Shown: positions 21,876 through 31,985, counted from the first letter of the stretch. The stretch: 64,000 nt of DNA from an uncultured Planctomycetaceae bacterium (GCA_963785305.1 CAWAUV010000008.1:512001-576000), one strand, 5' to 3'. Notes: a model not told the origin generated them from the sequence alone. A program made the numbers and translations.

Positions 21876-23845
21876 TCACGCGCGCGAGCGGGCGCGCCGT
21901 TTGGCGGTGTTATGCAAATTCGAGGCAATCGCGAGAAGTTCGCCGGCCTCGACGGGCTTGGGTAGGTGCATCTGAAAGCCGGCCATCAGCGCTCGGTGGC
22001 GGTCCTCCGCTCGAGCGAAAGCGGTCAGCGCGACGGCGGGCGTGTCGCCTCCTTCTTGCTCGGAGAGCTGCCGCAGTTGCATCAAGAATTCGTATCCATC
22101 TTCGATCGGCATCCCAATATCGCTGAGGATCATGTCCGGGCGATGTTGCTTGACCGCTTCGAGGCCCTCGCCAGCGCTGGCGGCCGTGGTGACGGTTGCA
22201 TTGCATTTTTCGAGAATATATTGGATCACCATGCGGGCGTCGGCCTCGTCGTCGATCACCAACACATGGAACCCGCGCAGGTCGGGACTCGCGCCCCCCG
22301 CGGCGGGCGCCGGCGCGGGCGTCAGCAAGGGCTCTTGAGCGTCCCAGCGAACCGCCGCGAGCGGAAGCGAAACGATGAACGTGGCGCCACGGCCGAGCCC
22401 CTCGCTAAAAGCCTGGACGATTCCGCCGTGCAATTCGACAAGGGATTTGACGAGCGCCAGCCCGAGTCCCAAGCCGCCAAATTGCCGCGAAATCGAAGTA
22501 TCGGCTTGCGAAAATCGCGTGAACAAATGCGGCAAGAAATCCGCCGCGATTCCCTGACCGGAATCGACGACGCTTATCTCCACGTGGGAATTGACTCGCC
22601 GCAAAAATACCTGGATTCGCCCCGCCTTGGGCGTGAATTTAATGGCGTTGGCAAGAAGATTCCAAAGCACTTGGTGAAGCCGGCTCGGATCGCCCGTGAT
22701 CCATCCGCCTTTGGGGTCCAGGACTTTGGCGAGGCGAATTCCCTTGCCCTCCGCCGCCGGGCGCACGGATTCGATCGCCTCGCTGATGACGACTTGCAAA
22801 TCGACGGCTCGGACATCCAGCCTCAGCTTTCCGTTGATGATCCGCGACATGTCGAGTAGCTCTTCGATCAGTTGGGCCTGGGCCCGCGCATTGCGCTCGA
22901 TCACTTCAAGCCCTTGCTCATGGAGTTCGGAGGCGGCGGCTTCGGAGCGCAGAATCGTCGCCCAGCCAAGAATCGCATTCAGCGGAGTGCGCAGCTCGTG
23001 CGATAGCGTGGCGAGAAACTCATCCTTCATTTGGCTGACGCGTTCGGCGTCGAGCCGGGCCGCCGTCTCGCGCTTCAGCAGTTCCTCGCGTTCGCGAACA
23101 ATCCGCTTGATGCCGCTAATGTCCCGGGCGACTTTGGAAACTCCGATGACGTTGCCGGACAGGCCCTTGATGGGAGATATGGTGACTGAAATATCCAATT
23201 GACGCCCGTCCTTGCACACACGGACCGTTTCGAAGTGATCCACGCGCTCTCCCCGCCGGAGTTGGTCGAGAATCTTGGGCTCCTCATCAAGCCGGTCGGG
23301 CGGAAACAACACGGTAATCGACTTGCCGATCATCTCCTCCGCGGTGTAACCAAACATCCGCTCCGCGGCCGGATTCCAACTTTGCACGACGCCGTCGAGG
23401 TTTTTGCTGACAATGGCGTCGTCGGACGAAGCCACGATCGCCTTGAACTTGCCTTCCAGCTCGATGGCTTGGGTCAGGTCCCGGGCGACCTTCGACGCTC
23501 CGATAACCCTTCCCCGGCGATCATGAATCGGCGATATGGTCGCGGAAATTGCGATTTGCGAGCCGTCTTTGCGCACCCGGATGGTCTCGAAATGTTCGAC
23601 GCGCTCGCCCCGATGGAGCCGCGCAGAATATGAATCTCTTCGTCGAGCCGATCCGCGGGAAACAGAATGGTCATCGGCTTTCCGATAACCTCATCCGCCG
23701 TATAGCCGAAGATACGTTCGGCGGATTGATTCCAGCTTCGGATGATGCCGTTCAAATCCTTGCTGATAATAGCGTCGTCCGACGAGGCAACGATCGACGC
23801 GAGCAAGGCCTCGGCTTCTTCGGGCGAACTGACGTTTGGAATCAT
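21876..23845 (-). CDS. Two-PAS hybrid sensor histidine kinase/receiver; frameshift near 23620
   Basis: Repeated IVASSDDAI(I/V)SK PAS, FLATLSHELRTPL, GGLGLGL, receiver SDIGMP. Confidence 0.9.
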
Positions 23846-24054
23846 GAAACGAGCCGTGGCGTTCTGTTATTTCGCGGCAGAGGGGCGAAGCCCATTGTAC
23901 GACGCCGTAACTGCGTGGACCACGGCTCCCCAGGGCCCGCCCGACTGGGAGGCCCGACAAGCAATTCAAAGGGGCTCGACCGACTTTGAAATCGTTCGAG
24001 CCCCTTCGATTTTCAATTCAGCCCGCATCGGGACCGCGCCGCATCGTGAATCGA

Positions 24055-24763
24055 CTACGGCGAATCGGTTTGCGTGGCCGCCGGACTGGGCGCCGCAGCA
24101 TTCGGCGCGGCGCTATTGGCCGGCAAGCTTGGCTGCGGAGTGGGAGCGCCCGTCTGGGGCGCGGTCGCCGGCGGGGGCGCGTACGGAATCGTCGAATTCT
24201 GAACCGGCGCGCCGCGATAACCCATCGAATAACGGCGGCCCAACAGACCCCGGCGATAAGTATAGGCTTGCGCCGCGGGCTGGTTGCTATACGCGCGAGC
24301 CTGCGCGTTGGCGTTGACCGCCGGGGCGAAAGGCGCCCGGCGCTACGATGCCCGGCATCGCGCCGGCCGTATACGGCGTCCAGGCGTTGTTGCGATAGAC
24401 GCTCCACTGGTTGTTTGGTCCCCAATACCACCAATTTCCGTTCACGTTTCTCATTCGCCAGTTCTCGCGCTCGGCTTGGCGCGTGGCGATGCGCTCCTGG
24501 CGATTCTCTTGCCGCACCGACGCGTTATCGGCAATGCGCTGTCCCACGGCCGCGGCCGCGCCCGGGGCCACGGTCACGTTCGTGCCCCACGGAGTGCTTT
24601 GAACATCGACAGGCCCCGCCTGAACATTACTTGCCGGCGGCACGGCCGGCGTATAAACCGGCGCGGGCACAACGGGCGCAGGCCCCTGAGCGGCCGCCCA
24701 ACTTCCAGCGAGACCGACGCCGATCGTAAGACAACCGGCCATGAATTTCCGCAAACGACGCAT
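24055..24763 (-). CDS. Secreted Pro/Ala-rich hypothetical protein with WWYW motif; probable frameshift near 24330
   Basis: Signal peptide; NWRMRNVNGNWWYWGPNNQW; tail RRYSMGYRG in ORF 24055..24243. Confidence 0.55.
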
Positions 24764-24975
24764 GGGTAAACCCTCCCTAGCAAAACTCTATTTTGGAAAA
24801 AAGGCGAACAGTGCGATGATCGAGAGCGCGCCCGCCCGACAACCGCGTGGTCCCGCTCCGTTCTCCCGTAAATGGGAGAGGAGCGGTTGAGGAGCAGTCG
24901 TCGGATAGGCGATTATTTAGATTCGCCCGATGGCCGTCTGTTTCGGCCCCGGTCGAGTTGTCGTTGTCGCTAGGG

Positions 24976-24991
24976 GGCATTTGCCATGCCA
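24976..24991 (-). promoter_or_regulatory. Putative sigma-54 (-24/-12) promoter
   Basis: Minus strand TGGCATGGCAAATGC, GG-N10-GC spacing, about 210 bp upstream of the gene starting at 24763. Confidence 0.5.
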
Positions 24992-25182
24992 AGCGGCGGC
25001 ATTCAACGACTCGCGGCGCAAACCGCCGACCTCCTTGCAGTTAACAACGCTAGCCCTCGGAGGGCCCTGGCTGACCCGAGGTGGCACGACAATATGCAGC
25101 GCAAACGCGCCGCATCCAAACCGCCTAAAGCGATCGCCGAAACCGAAAATCCGCGAATCTTGCCCGAGTTTCCCTCTTGCCC

Positions 25183-25336
25183 AGCAGTCCGGTTGAAATA
25201 TTCAACAGGCTGCGCCGCCGCACGGATGCGGTCGAAATAACGGCCTAAGTCGTTATTTTGCGAGCCGCGACGAGCTTTGCTCGGCGCTTGGCGAGGTTGA
25301 AAAATGCCACGATGGCAATTTTCAGCCGGCTGCCAG
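25183..25336. mobile_element. MITE family D, uninterrupted ~150-bp copy
   Basis: Reverse complement aligns end to end with 29302-29640 once the nested insert is removed; terminal CAGCC(T/G)GTTGAA-type inverted repeats. Confidence 0.8.
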
Positions 25337-25426
25337 ACGACAGACGCTTTTCCGCCCGGTAATATAAGAGCCTTCGGTACTCCCCAAATGTCTTCAACGA
25401 CTCCAGCGGATTGAAAGGCGATTGTC

Positions 25427-25984
25427 ATGAACAACAGGTTGACCTTAGAGATGGCGTTGATCGCATGCCTCGCGTGTCTCCCCACCCTTCGGGCCGCCGA
25501 TCCCACGGCGCATTCCCATGGCGAAGCGATGCCCGCCACCGAAGCCGTGTGCGTGATTATGCCAACCGAAGGCCACAAGGCGTCGGGCGTGGTGCAGCTC
25601 ATGGAAACCACCAACGGCGTGCATCTGATGGGCGAGATCAAGGGACTCAAGCCCGGCGAACACGGCTTCCACATCCACCAGTTCGGCGATCTGCGTTCGG
25701 CCGATGGCTCGAGCGCCGGCGGACACTACAATCCCCATGGCGAAAAGCACGGCGGCCCGGATAGCCCGATGCACCACGAAGGCGATCTCGGCAATATCAA
25801 GGCGAGTGGCGATGGGGTCGCGAAGATCAACGCCACGGTCGAAGGCGTGCATCTGCATTTCGTCATCGGACGCGCGCTCGTCGTGCATGCCGACGCCGAC
25901 GACCTCAAGACCGACCCGTCGGGCAATTCGGGCAAGCGCGTGGGCGTGGGCGTGATCGGCGTCGCCGCGCCGCCCAAGAAATAA
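25427..25984 (+). CDS. sodC: Cu/Zn superoxide dismutase
   Basis: HGFHIH, GGHYNP, HEGDLGNI, GRALVVHA..DD, GNSGKR; signal peptide. Confidence 0.95.
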   Translation: MNNRLTLEMALIACLACLPTLRAADPTAHSHGEAMPATEAVCVIMPTEGHKASGVVQLMETTNGVHLMGEIKGLKPGEHGFHIHQFGDLRSADGSSAGGHYNPHGEKHGGPDSPMHHEGDLGNIKASGDGVAKINATVEGVHLHFVIGRALVVHADADDLKTDPSGNSGKRVGVGVIGVAAPPKK

Positions 25985-26440
25985 ACGGCGGCTGGCAAGC
26001 AAGATCGAAGCCACGGAAATTCAAATACAGCCACGGAAGGACACGGAAGAACACGGAATTCACGCGCGGCGGGGCATGGCGCGCATTTCCCCCGCTCGCC
26101 TTTTCCGTGTCTTCCGTGTTCTTCCGTGGCCGCTCTTTCCTTGCCTTTCCCCTCCTGCCTGTCCGTGGCATTTCCACAAGCACGGGTCAAGACCGGCGTG
26201 GGCGTGATCGGCGTCGCCGCGCCGCCCAAGAAATAAACGGCGGCTGGCAAGCAAGATCGAAGCCACGGAAATTCAAATACAGCCACGGAAGGACACGGAA
26301 GAACACGGAATTCACGCGCGGCGGGGCATGGCGCGCATTTCCCCCGCTCGCCTTTTCCGTGTCTTCCGTGTTCTTCCGTGGCCGCTCTTTCCTTGCCTTT
26401 CCCCTCCTGCCTGTCCGTGGCATTTCCACAAGCACGGGTC
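25943..26440. repeat. Tandem direct duplication, 2 x 246 bp (25943-26188 and 26195-26440), each with a CCACGGAA/ACACGGAA hairpin (family E)
   Basis: Copies look identical by eye, period 252 bp; includes the last codons and stop of sodC. Confidence 0.9.
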
Positions 26441-26674
26441 CTCCGCGCATCGTCCGAGCCGCCCCAGCTTCGCGAGAGCGCCAGCGCAGTCGTTCTTTTG
26501 CGCGATTTGAAAAATCGTTACAGTTTCGCGCCGCCCGAGCCGATTCGTATGGCTGCCGCGCGAGGGAATGCTCGTCGATCGGGTCGCGTTTGCGCGGGAT
26601 CGTCGGGCGATCGAACCGCTGGCCCTGCTAGCAGCCCCTGGAAGCGCGGCCCTCGGGAGTGAAGCCGAACGATC

Positions 26675-27966
26675 ATGTGGTGTCATCGCTGTCGACAAGA
26701 TGTGCCGGCCGTTCCCCTCGCTGAAGGGCAGGGCAATGGCTGCGTGCGCTGCGGCCAGCGACTCTCGAGCGCCGCGCCGCGCCGAGCGGAGCATCTTGCG
26801 GGCGCCGAGCGAACACCAAACGACCGTGCCGCAAAGGCGGCGTCAAAAAGCGCGAACTCGGTCGGGCGGCGCGTCAGCGACGCGGGGCTCGATCTGGCGA
26901 ATCTCGACGCGCCGGCGCCCGAATCCATCGCTCGACCGCCTCGAGAGTCCATGAGCGGCGCGCGTCCCGAGGCGCGCCCCAACTCGGACACGCGCGAGGC
27001 CGATCCGCTCGAAGCCCGCGAATTTGATCACCGGGCATCCTATCGCGCGGAACCCAAACACGCTTCGCCGCCAAGCGGTCCCCACGACAACGCCGCGAAA
27101 TACCAAGCCGACAAGTCCGAGTCGGGCTCGGCCGCGGGCCAAGCTTCGAGCCCGTCGCCGAACCGCTCGCGAACTTCCTCGCCGAGTGCCGCCGAAGCTC
27201 CGCCGGTATTCGAAAACGACGACTGGGATCTCGATTCGCTCGACCAAGCCTGGCTGGCGGCCGGCGGTTTCGCGGGCCCCGGCAATTTTGCTCCCGCGCC
27301 CCACGGCGCCGAAAACTTCGCGCATTCCGACGCCGCGGCTCGCCACTGGCGCCAAGCCCATGGATCGCATCGCGAGTCGTTCCGACCGCTGATGGCGCCG
27401 ACCCGCAAAAGGCGGCGCGCTTCGCGTCGGGGCGGCGCCGCGCCTTGGACGCTCATGGTCGCTGGAATATTGACCATGATTCTGGGTTCATTGTTCTGGG
27501 TCGCGCCCGGGTTCGCGCCGCGCCGCTCCTCGAGGCCGGATCGCTGCCGGCGCCCTGGGGTTGGCCCACGGTGGTGGCGGGGCAATCGATTCTACTCCTG
27601 GGCTTTGCCTTGCAACTGGAACGCATCCGCCGCGCGAGTCGAGCGGCCCGCGAAGCGGTGGCGAGCGTGCATGCGCGTCTCGATGATCTTCGCGCCGGCG
27701 CCGACGAGCACGCGCCGCGCCGCGGCGTCGGCCCACCGGCATATGGCCCACCAGCATACAGCTCGCCGGGTTATGGCCCAATGGGATACGGCGCGCATGC
27801 CCATGGTTCACCGCCCTATGGCCTTGCTGCTTCGGCGCCTGGCGCATCGTTCTATCGTCCGGCGCACTACGGCCCTGGCGCCGAGGGCCCCCATCCCCAA
27901 ATGGTGCTCGCCGATGTGCGCGGCCAGCTCGACGCGCTGCAAGCGCGGCTCGGCCCCCACCGCTGA
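26675..27966 (+). CDS. Hypothetical protein: N-terminal zinc ribbon, disordered middle, two TM helices; frameshift near 27520
   Basis: MWCHRCRQDVP..CVRCG; TM and coiled C-terminus (VAGQSILLLGFALQLERI..LADVRGQLDAL) in ORF 27445..27966. Confidence 0.65.
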
Positions 27967-28075
27967 ATCTTGCCATTGAATCACTTCGCCGAGTCTTGCG
28001 ATTGCGATCGCGCGTAATAAAAACTCGCGGCCCGTTTTTGCATTCCAGGGTCCAAGGCTGCTACGATAAAGCGCC

Positions 28076-28498
28076 ATGAAAACCCTGACCCAAGAGCTAT
28101 GGATGGAAACGCCCGTTCGCCGGGCCATTGTGTCGATCCATCGCGAGGTGGAGCGGCTCGTGGCCGAGAGCGGCGTCGCCGAAGGGCTCGTGCTCGTCAA
28201 TGCGATGCACATCACCGCGTCGGTGTTTATCAACGACAATGAGTCGGGCCTGCACGAAGACTACGAGATCTGGCTCGAAAAGCTGGCTCCGTTCAGCGAG
28301 TCGTCGATGCGATACCACCACAACCGCACCGGCGAGGACAATGCCGACGCGCATCTGAAGCGGCAGATCATGGGCCGCGAAGTCGTGGTGGCGATCACCA
28401 ATGGCCAACTGCACCTCGGCCCCTGGGAGCACATCTTCTACTACGAGTTCGATGGCCGGCGCCGCAAACGGGTGCTGGTGAAGATCATCGGCGAATGA
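28076..28498 (+). CDS. yjbQ: YjbQ/UPF0047 family protein
   Basis: [28 protein letters not shown]. Confidence 0.9.
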   Translation: MKTLTQELWMETPVRRAIVSIHREVERLVAESGVAEGLVLVNAMHITASVFINDNESGLHEDYEIWLEKLAPFSESSMRYHHNRTGEDNADAHLKRQIMGREVVVAITNGQLHLGPWEHIFYYEFDGRRRKRVLVKIIGE

Positions 28499-28740
28499 AC
28501 GGGCGGAGGTCCGATTACGACTCGACGCGTCAGCGAGGGCATGTCCGCCAAAAAGACGATCTTCGTCGAGCATTGCCCCGGGAAGCGGAAAACGAACTTT
28601 TTCTGGCCACGGCGATCTTTCCCCGCTGGGGGTCTTTTCGGCCCGGCCGCAAGCATTTATAGTGTTGTACTCGCTCGAAGGGGCCTGCCAGACATCCGTG
28701 ATTGGCGGGCATGGCGGGCGGGCCCCGAATTCGGTGTTTT

Positions 28741-28814
28741 GGCGGCGTAGCTCAGTTGGTTAGAGCAGCGGCTTCATAAGCCGCGTGTCACAGGTTCGAA
28801 TCCTGTCGCCGCTA
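28741..28814 (+). tRNA. tRNA with CAT anticodon, probably elongator tRNA-Met
   Basis: GGCGGCG acceptor, TAGCTCAGTTGGTTAGAGC D-arm, GCGGC-TTCATAA-GCCGC anticodon arm, GGTTCGAATCC T-arm; no encoded CCA. Confidence 0.92.
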
Positions 28815-28865
28815 CCTACGGCTCCGCCAAACCGGGCCGAATTGATAGGGAATGTGAAAAACGTC

Positions 28866-28949
28866 GCGCGAGTGGCGGAATTGGCAGACGCGCCAGCCTC
28901 AGGAGCTGGTCCGGGTAACCGGGTGGAGGTTCAAGTCCTCTCTCGCGCA
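28866..28949 (+). tRNA. tRNA-Leu(CAG)
   Basis: GCGCGAG acceptor, GGCGGAATTGGCAGACGC, CCAGC-CTCAGGA-GCTGG, long variable arm CCGG-GTAA-CCGG, GGTTCAAGTCC. Confidence 0.95.
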
Positions 28950-29301
28950 CTGTTTTTCACGATCTTTCTCCGCTCGATTCGGTCCTGTCAGGGCATCGCC
29001 CCGCCCCGCCCCGCCTCCGTCACAACCCGACGCGTCAGCGAGGGCTCCGGCTTCGCGCTCCCGCAATCGGCGATTTAGCTAAAGCCGATCGGCTGCCATT
29101 CTCCCGCCCTGGCTCACAAACAATGCTAGGAAATCATCGCCCTCCGCGCGCATAATCCGCGGCGTTGTCGATTCGAGGCGAAAGCCGGCGAGAGCCAAAT
29201 GCGGGGCGGGGGCGAAGCAAGAACTTCATCTCCATCTTGCAAGCGGGGCAAAGGCGCGGGGTTGTTCTTGGCCTTCATTCAGCGCGCGGCCGGTTTTCTA
29301 G

Positions 29302-29640
29302 AAGCCTGTTGAAAAATGCCATCGTGGCATTTTTCAACCTCGCCAAGCGCCGAGCAAAGCTCGTCGCGGCTCGCAAAACAACGACTTAGTTCAAGTTTCG
29401 CGTTTTTTGCTAGCACTCGAATCGCCGATTTCTCGTGGGTTTTGCACAGTTTGACGGCCGAACTGCCAATTTTTGCATGTTACCGAGAGGCCGAAGGTTG
29501 CCGGAAACGCGCCGAAATCGGAGAAACCACGACGAATCGGGCTATCGGAACTTTTGAAAACCGCGAAAGTCGAACTTAGGTCGTTATTTTGACACCGCAT
29601 CCATGCGGCGGCGCAGCCTGTTGAATATTTCAACAGGCTG
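29302..29640. mobile_element. MITE family D copy flanked by CTAG duplication, carrying a nested insert
   Basis: CTAG at 29298-29301 and 29641-29644; ends AAGCCTGTTGAAA / TTTCAACAGGCTG; homologous to 25183-25336. Confidence 0.85.
29389..29575. mobile_element. Nested 187-bp MITE-like insert with TTA target duplication
   Basis: TTA at 29386-88 and 29576-78; imperfect ~55-bp inverted ends GTTCAAGTTTCGCG / CGCGAAAGTCGAAC; absent from the 25.2-kb copy. Confidence 0.8.
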
Positions 29641-30323
29641 CTAGGGGATCACATCCCCGAGCTTCGTCGCCGCCGGGCCTTGAACAAAAGGGCGCGAAAG
29701 CGACCGCGATCGATAACCTTGCGGACACGAGCTCGCCTCCGGCGCTATTGTCGAGGGCGGTGGCGTTGACGCCGGAAGTCCAAAACCGCGCGGCCAGAGC
29801 GAACCAGACGTCAAGCTCGGGCAGCAAAACCTCGCATCGCCCCTCGCAAGGCGCCGCGAGACTGCGAAACGTCGCGAGGCGAAAGTGATGGATTATCGTG
29901 AGGTTGCTTTTCAAAAAGCAAGCATCATGAAACATCCATCGCGAGGGCTGACCTGGCGTGGGGAGCTCCCAACACAATTGAGGGTCCGCATGCGTCCTCG
30001 TCGACTGGTTTTCCGCCCCGCGTTCTGCCGCGGCATGTAATCGCGGTCGAGACCAACCCGAACCGCTTGGGCCTTGCGATCTTGCGAAGGATCACCCGAC
30101 CCAACGGCTCACAACCGATCGAAAGGCAACAAACGACCGGCGACTGATCTCGTCCCACCAGCGACGGGCCAGGCGTCAGTGTGTTAGCGCAAGGCCAAGA
30201 GCCGCCGGTCGCCACGCTTTTCGATCACCCACCGTCCAGCGAAGGTCGTTCCCTCGCTCGACAAAAAAACCAACAAGAACCGGTCTCGACCGCTCGTCTC
30301 GGGCGGCTTCGACAAAACGTCCG

Positions 30324-30377
30324 ATCGGCGGCGTTCGGCGCTCCCCGTGCGCACCGACGCCGCCGATTCGTTTTTTG
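30324..30377 (+). terminator. Possible intrinsic terminator
   Basis: ATCGGCGGCGT...ACGCCGCCGAT stem followed by TCGTTTTTT. Confidence 0.45.
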
Positions 30378-30614
30378 GCCTGGAAACGGCGGCGCCGGAT
30401 TTTTACCGCAAAGCCGCGAACTAGGCGGAAGTAGAAACACGAAATAATCAACACGACGGACACGACGGACACGACGGCACGACGAAGGCAACCAAGAGGA
30501 TGCGAGTCGCCGTTTCGCCAAGAAAACTCCCTCGCACATCGTGTCGAGAGTGACCGTTGTGGTGAAAACCGACTTCGAAATTTCAGCCGAGCCGTGGGGG
30601 GCAAGGCAACATCA

Positions 30615-31955
30615 TCACTCGCCGGGCGCGGCTTCGAGTAGCACCACGCTGGCCGTGAAGCCGTGGAGGAAGCTGCGGCCGCCGATGGGGCCGATTTCGC
30701 CTTGGGCGAAGAAACCGGCCATCGGCAAGTCGGGCCATAGACGGGCCAATGACTGGGCGTCGTGGTCGGGCTGCTCGAAGAGGCGACTCCCGCGCCCGTT
30801 GCATGTGAACACCAGAGCGCCCGCCGGAGGGTTCTTCAACTCGGACCGGGCCGCCGCGAGCAATTCCGCCAAATCTTCATCCGCCGTTTGCGAGTCGCGC
30901 ACATGAAACTGCACCGTCTGCCCGACACGCATATAGTCGCCCACCGCAATCGAGCCGGCTTCGCGGTCGGCGCCGATCACGTTGCGAACCAAGAAATCGC
31001 CGCGGGCAAATGTGTCTTGATATTCGTTCACCACCCGGCCCAAATGCAAACCGCCCCCGACGAGCGCCTGCTCGGCCGGCGAAAGCGATTTATAAATCTC
31101 GCCAAAGGCCGCCAGCGCCGGTTTGCCGCCAAGCTCTTGCACGATGTTCCGCTCGGCGCGGGTCACGATGAGCGGCCGGCCGATCGGGCGGCAGCCTTGC
31201 GACACCACGCCGCGAAGCCGAACCCCGCCGCCGATCCAAACCCCCACGGCCCCGGTGTTCCACTCACGCCGCCCGAGCCAGAGTCGATTTTGCCCCGGGG
31301 CATGACCGCCGCTGGCCACGCCGCCGGCCACGAGAGTTCCCGGCCGATCCTCGGCCAGTCGTTCGAGCAGCGCGTCGGCCGGAAAACTATAGGGCTCGCC
31401 CAAGAGCAGCAGACTGCCGCCAGCCGGCCAATCGCCCGCGAGCGCCGGCGGCCAACCGACAAACGCGCCGCCCTCGGCCGAACGGACGAACTCGAGTCGC
31501 ACCGGCTCGACCATTGCGCCGGGCAAGCTGGCCACCCAGAGCGCGAGCGCCGGGCGGTCTTCGATCTCGCGGCCCATGCCCAGAATCGATTCGCCCGAAC
31601 AGCCGATCAGCGTCGGAGCGCCAAGCGCGTCGTGCAAGAGGGCCCCGAGCGAAGCGCCGCCCGCGAAAGAAGCCCCGTCGCCGCTGGCTGGGTCTCCGGC
31701 GGCAATGGGCACAATTTCAACCGGTGCATTCGCGACGAGCATGGTCTCGAGCAGCGACGGCGAGGCAAAGCAGATCGCCAGATCGGGCCGGGCGCCCAGC
31801 CGGGCAAGCGCCTGCTCGACCACCTCGCTCACGGCGACGCCCAGGTCAGTCGCCGTGGACAATGCCGCCGCCGCGCGTGGCCCCGACGACGAACCCGCCG
31901 ACACCGACTCCGCCGCCCGGTTCGCCGACGAAGGTCCAGATTCCGTTCCGCTCAC
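30615..31955 (-). CDS. FIST N/C domain protein
   Basis: LIGCSGE, GGVASGG, VSQGCRPIG, FTCNGRG, GFFAQGEIGP. Confidence 0.9.
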   Translation of the reverse strand: MSGTESGPSSANRAAESVSAGSSSGPRAAAALSTATDLGVAVSEVVEQALARLGARPDLAICFASPSLLETMLVANAPVEIVPIAAGDPASGDGASFAGGASLGALLHDALGAPTLIGCSGESILGMGREIEDRPALALWVASLPGAMVEPVRLEFVRSAEGGAFVGWPPALAGDWPAGGSLLLLGEPYSFPADALLERLAEDRPGTLVAGGVASGGHAPGQNRLWLGRREWNTGAVGVWIGGGVRLRGVVSQGCRPIGRPLIVTRAERNIVQELGGKPALAAFGEIYKSLSPAEQALVGGGLHLGRVVNEYQDTFARGDFLVRNVIGADREAGSIAVGDYMRVGQTVQFHVRDSQTADEDLAELLAAARSELKNPPAGALVFTCNGRGSRLFEQPDHDAQSLARLWPDLPMAGFFAQGEIGPIGGRSFLHGFTASVVLLEAAPGE

Positions 31956-31985
31956 GCGCTGCTCCTCGTGCTTACGATGCGCCGA

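Larger units (their letters stand above)
29090..30380 (+). ncRNA. Candidate giant multi-domain structured non-coding RNA (about 900-950 nt without the MITE); boundaries approximate
   Basis: No credible ORF; nested long-range helices such as 29135-44/29753-62, 29165-72/29709-16, 30043-54/30282-93 and 30117-27/30216-26; G-U pairs work on the + strand; GNRA loops. Confidence 0.65.

Noticed and set aside
25082..25097. Sigma-54 promoter for sodC (TGGCACGACAATATGC)
   Set aside because: GG-to-GC spacing is 11, not the required 10
29151..29156. CATAAT as the -10 box of the candidate RNA
   Set aside because: Poor -35, and the helices extend upstream of it to about 29092, so it lies inside the predicted structure
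29770..30295. RNase P RNA (GGAAGTCC, GCAAGGCCAA and AGAACCGG resemble its landmarks)
   Set aside because: The P4 halves (AAGTCCAAA versus ACCGGTCT) do not pair and the other conserved regions are missing
29090..30380. Group I/II intron, tmRNA or SRP RNA
   Set aside because: No domain V or GUGYG start, no group I core, no tRNA-like tmRNA ends, no SRP GGAA loop motif seen
30451..30485. CRISPR-like array (ACACGACGG repeats; also the 26.0-26.4 kb repeats)
   Set aside because: Short tandem units without unique spacers; no cas genes
28741..30600. Integrated prophage or island at the tRNAs
   Set aside because: No integrase, no duplicated tRNA 3' end, and flanking genes are ordinary chromosomal genes
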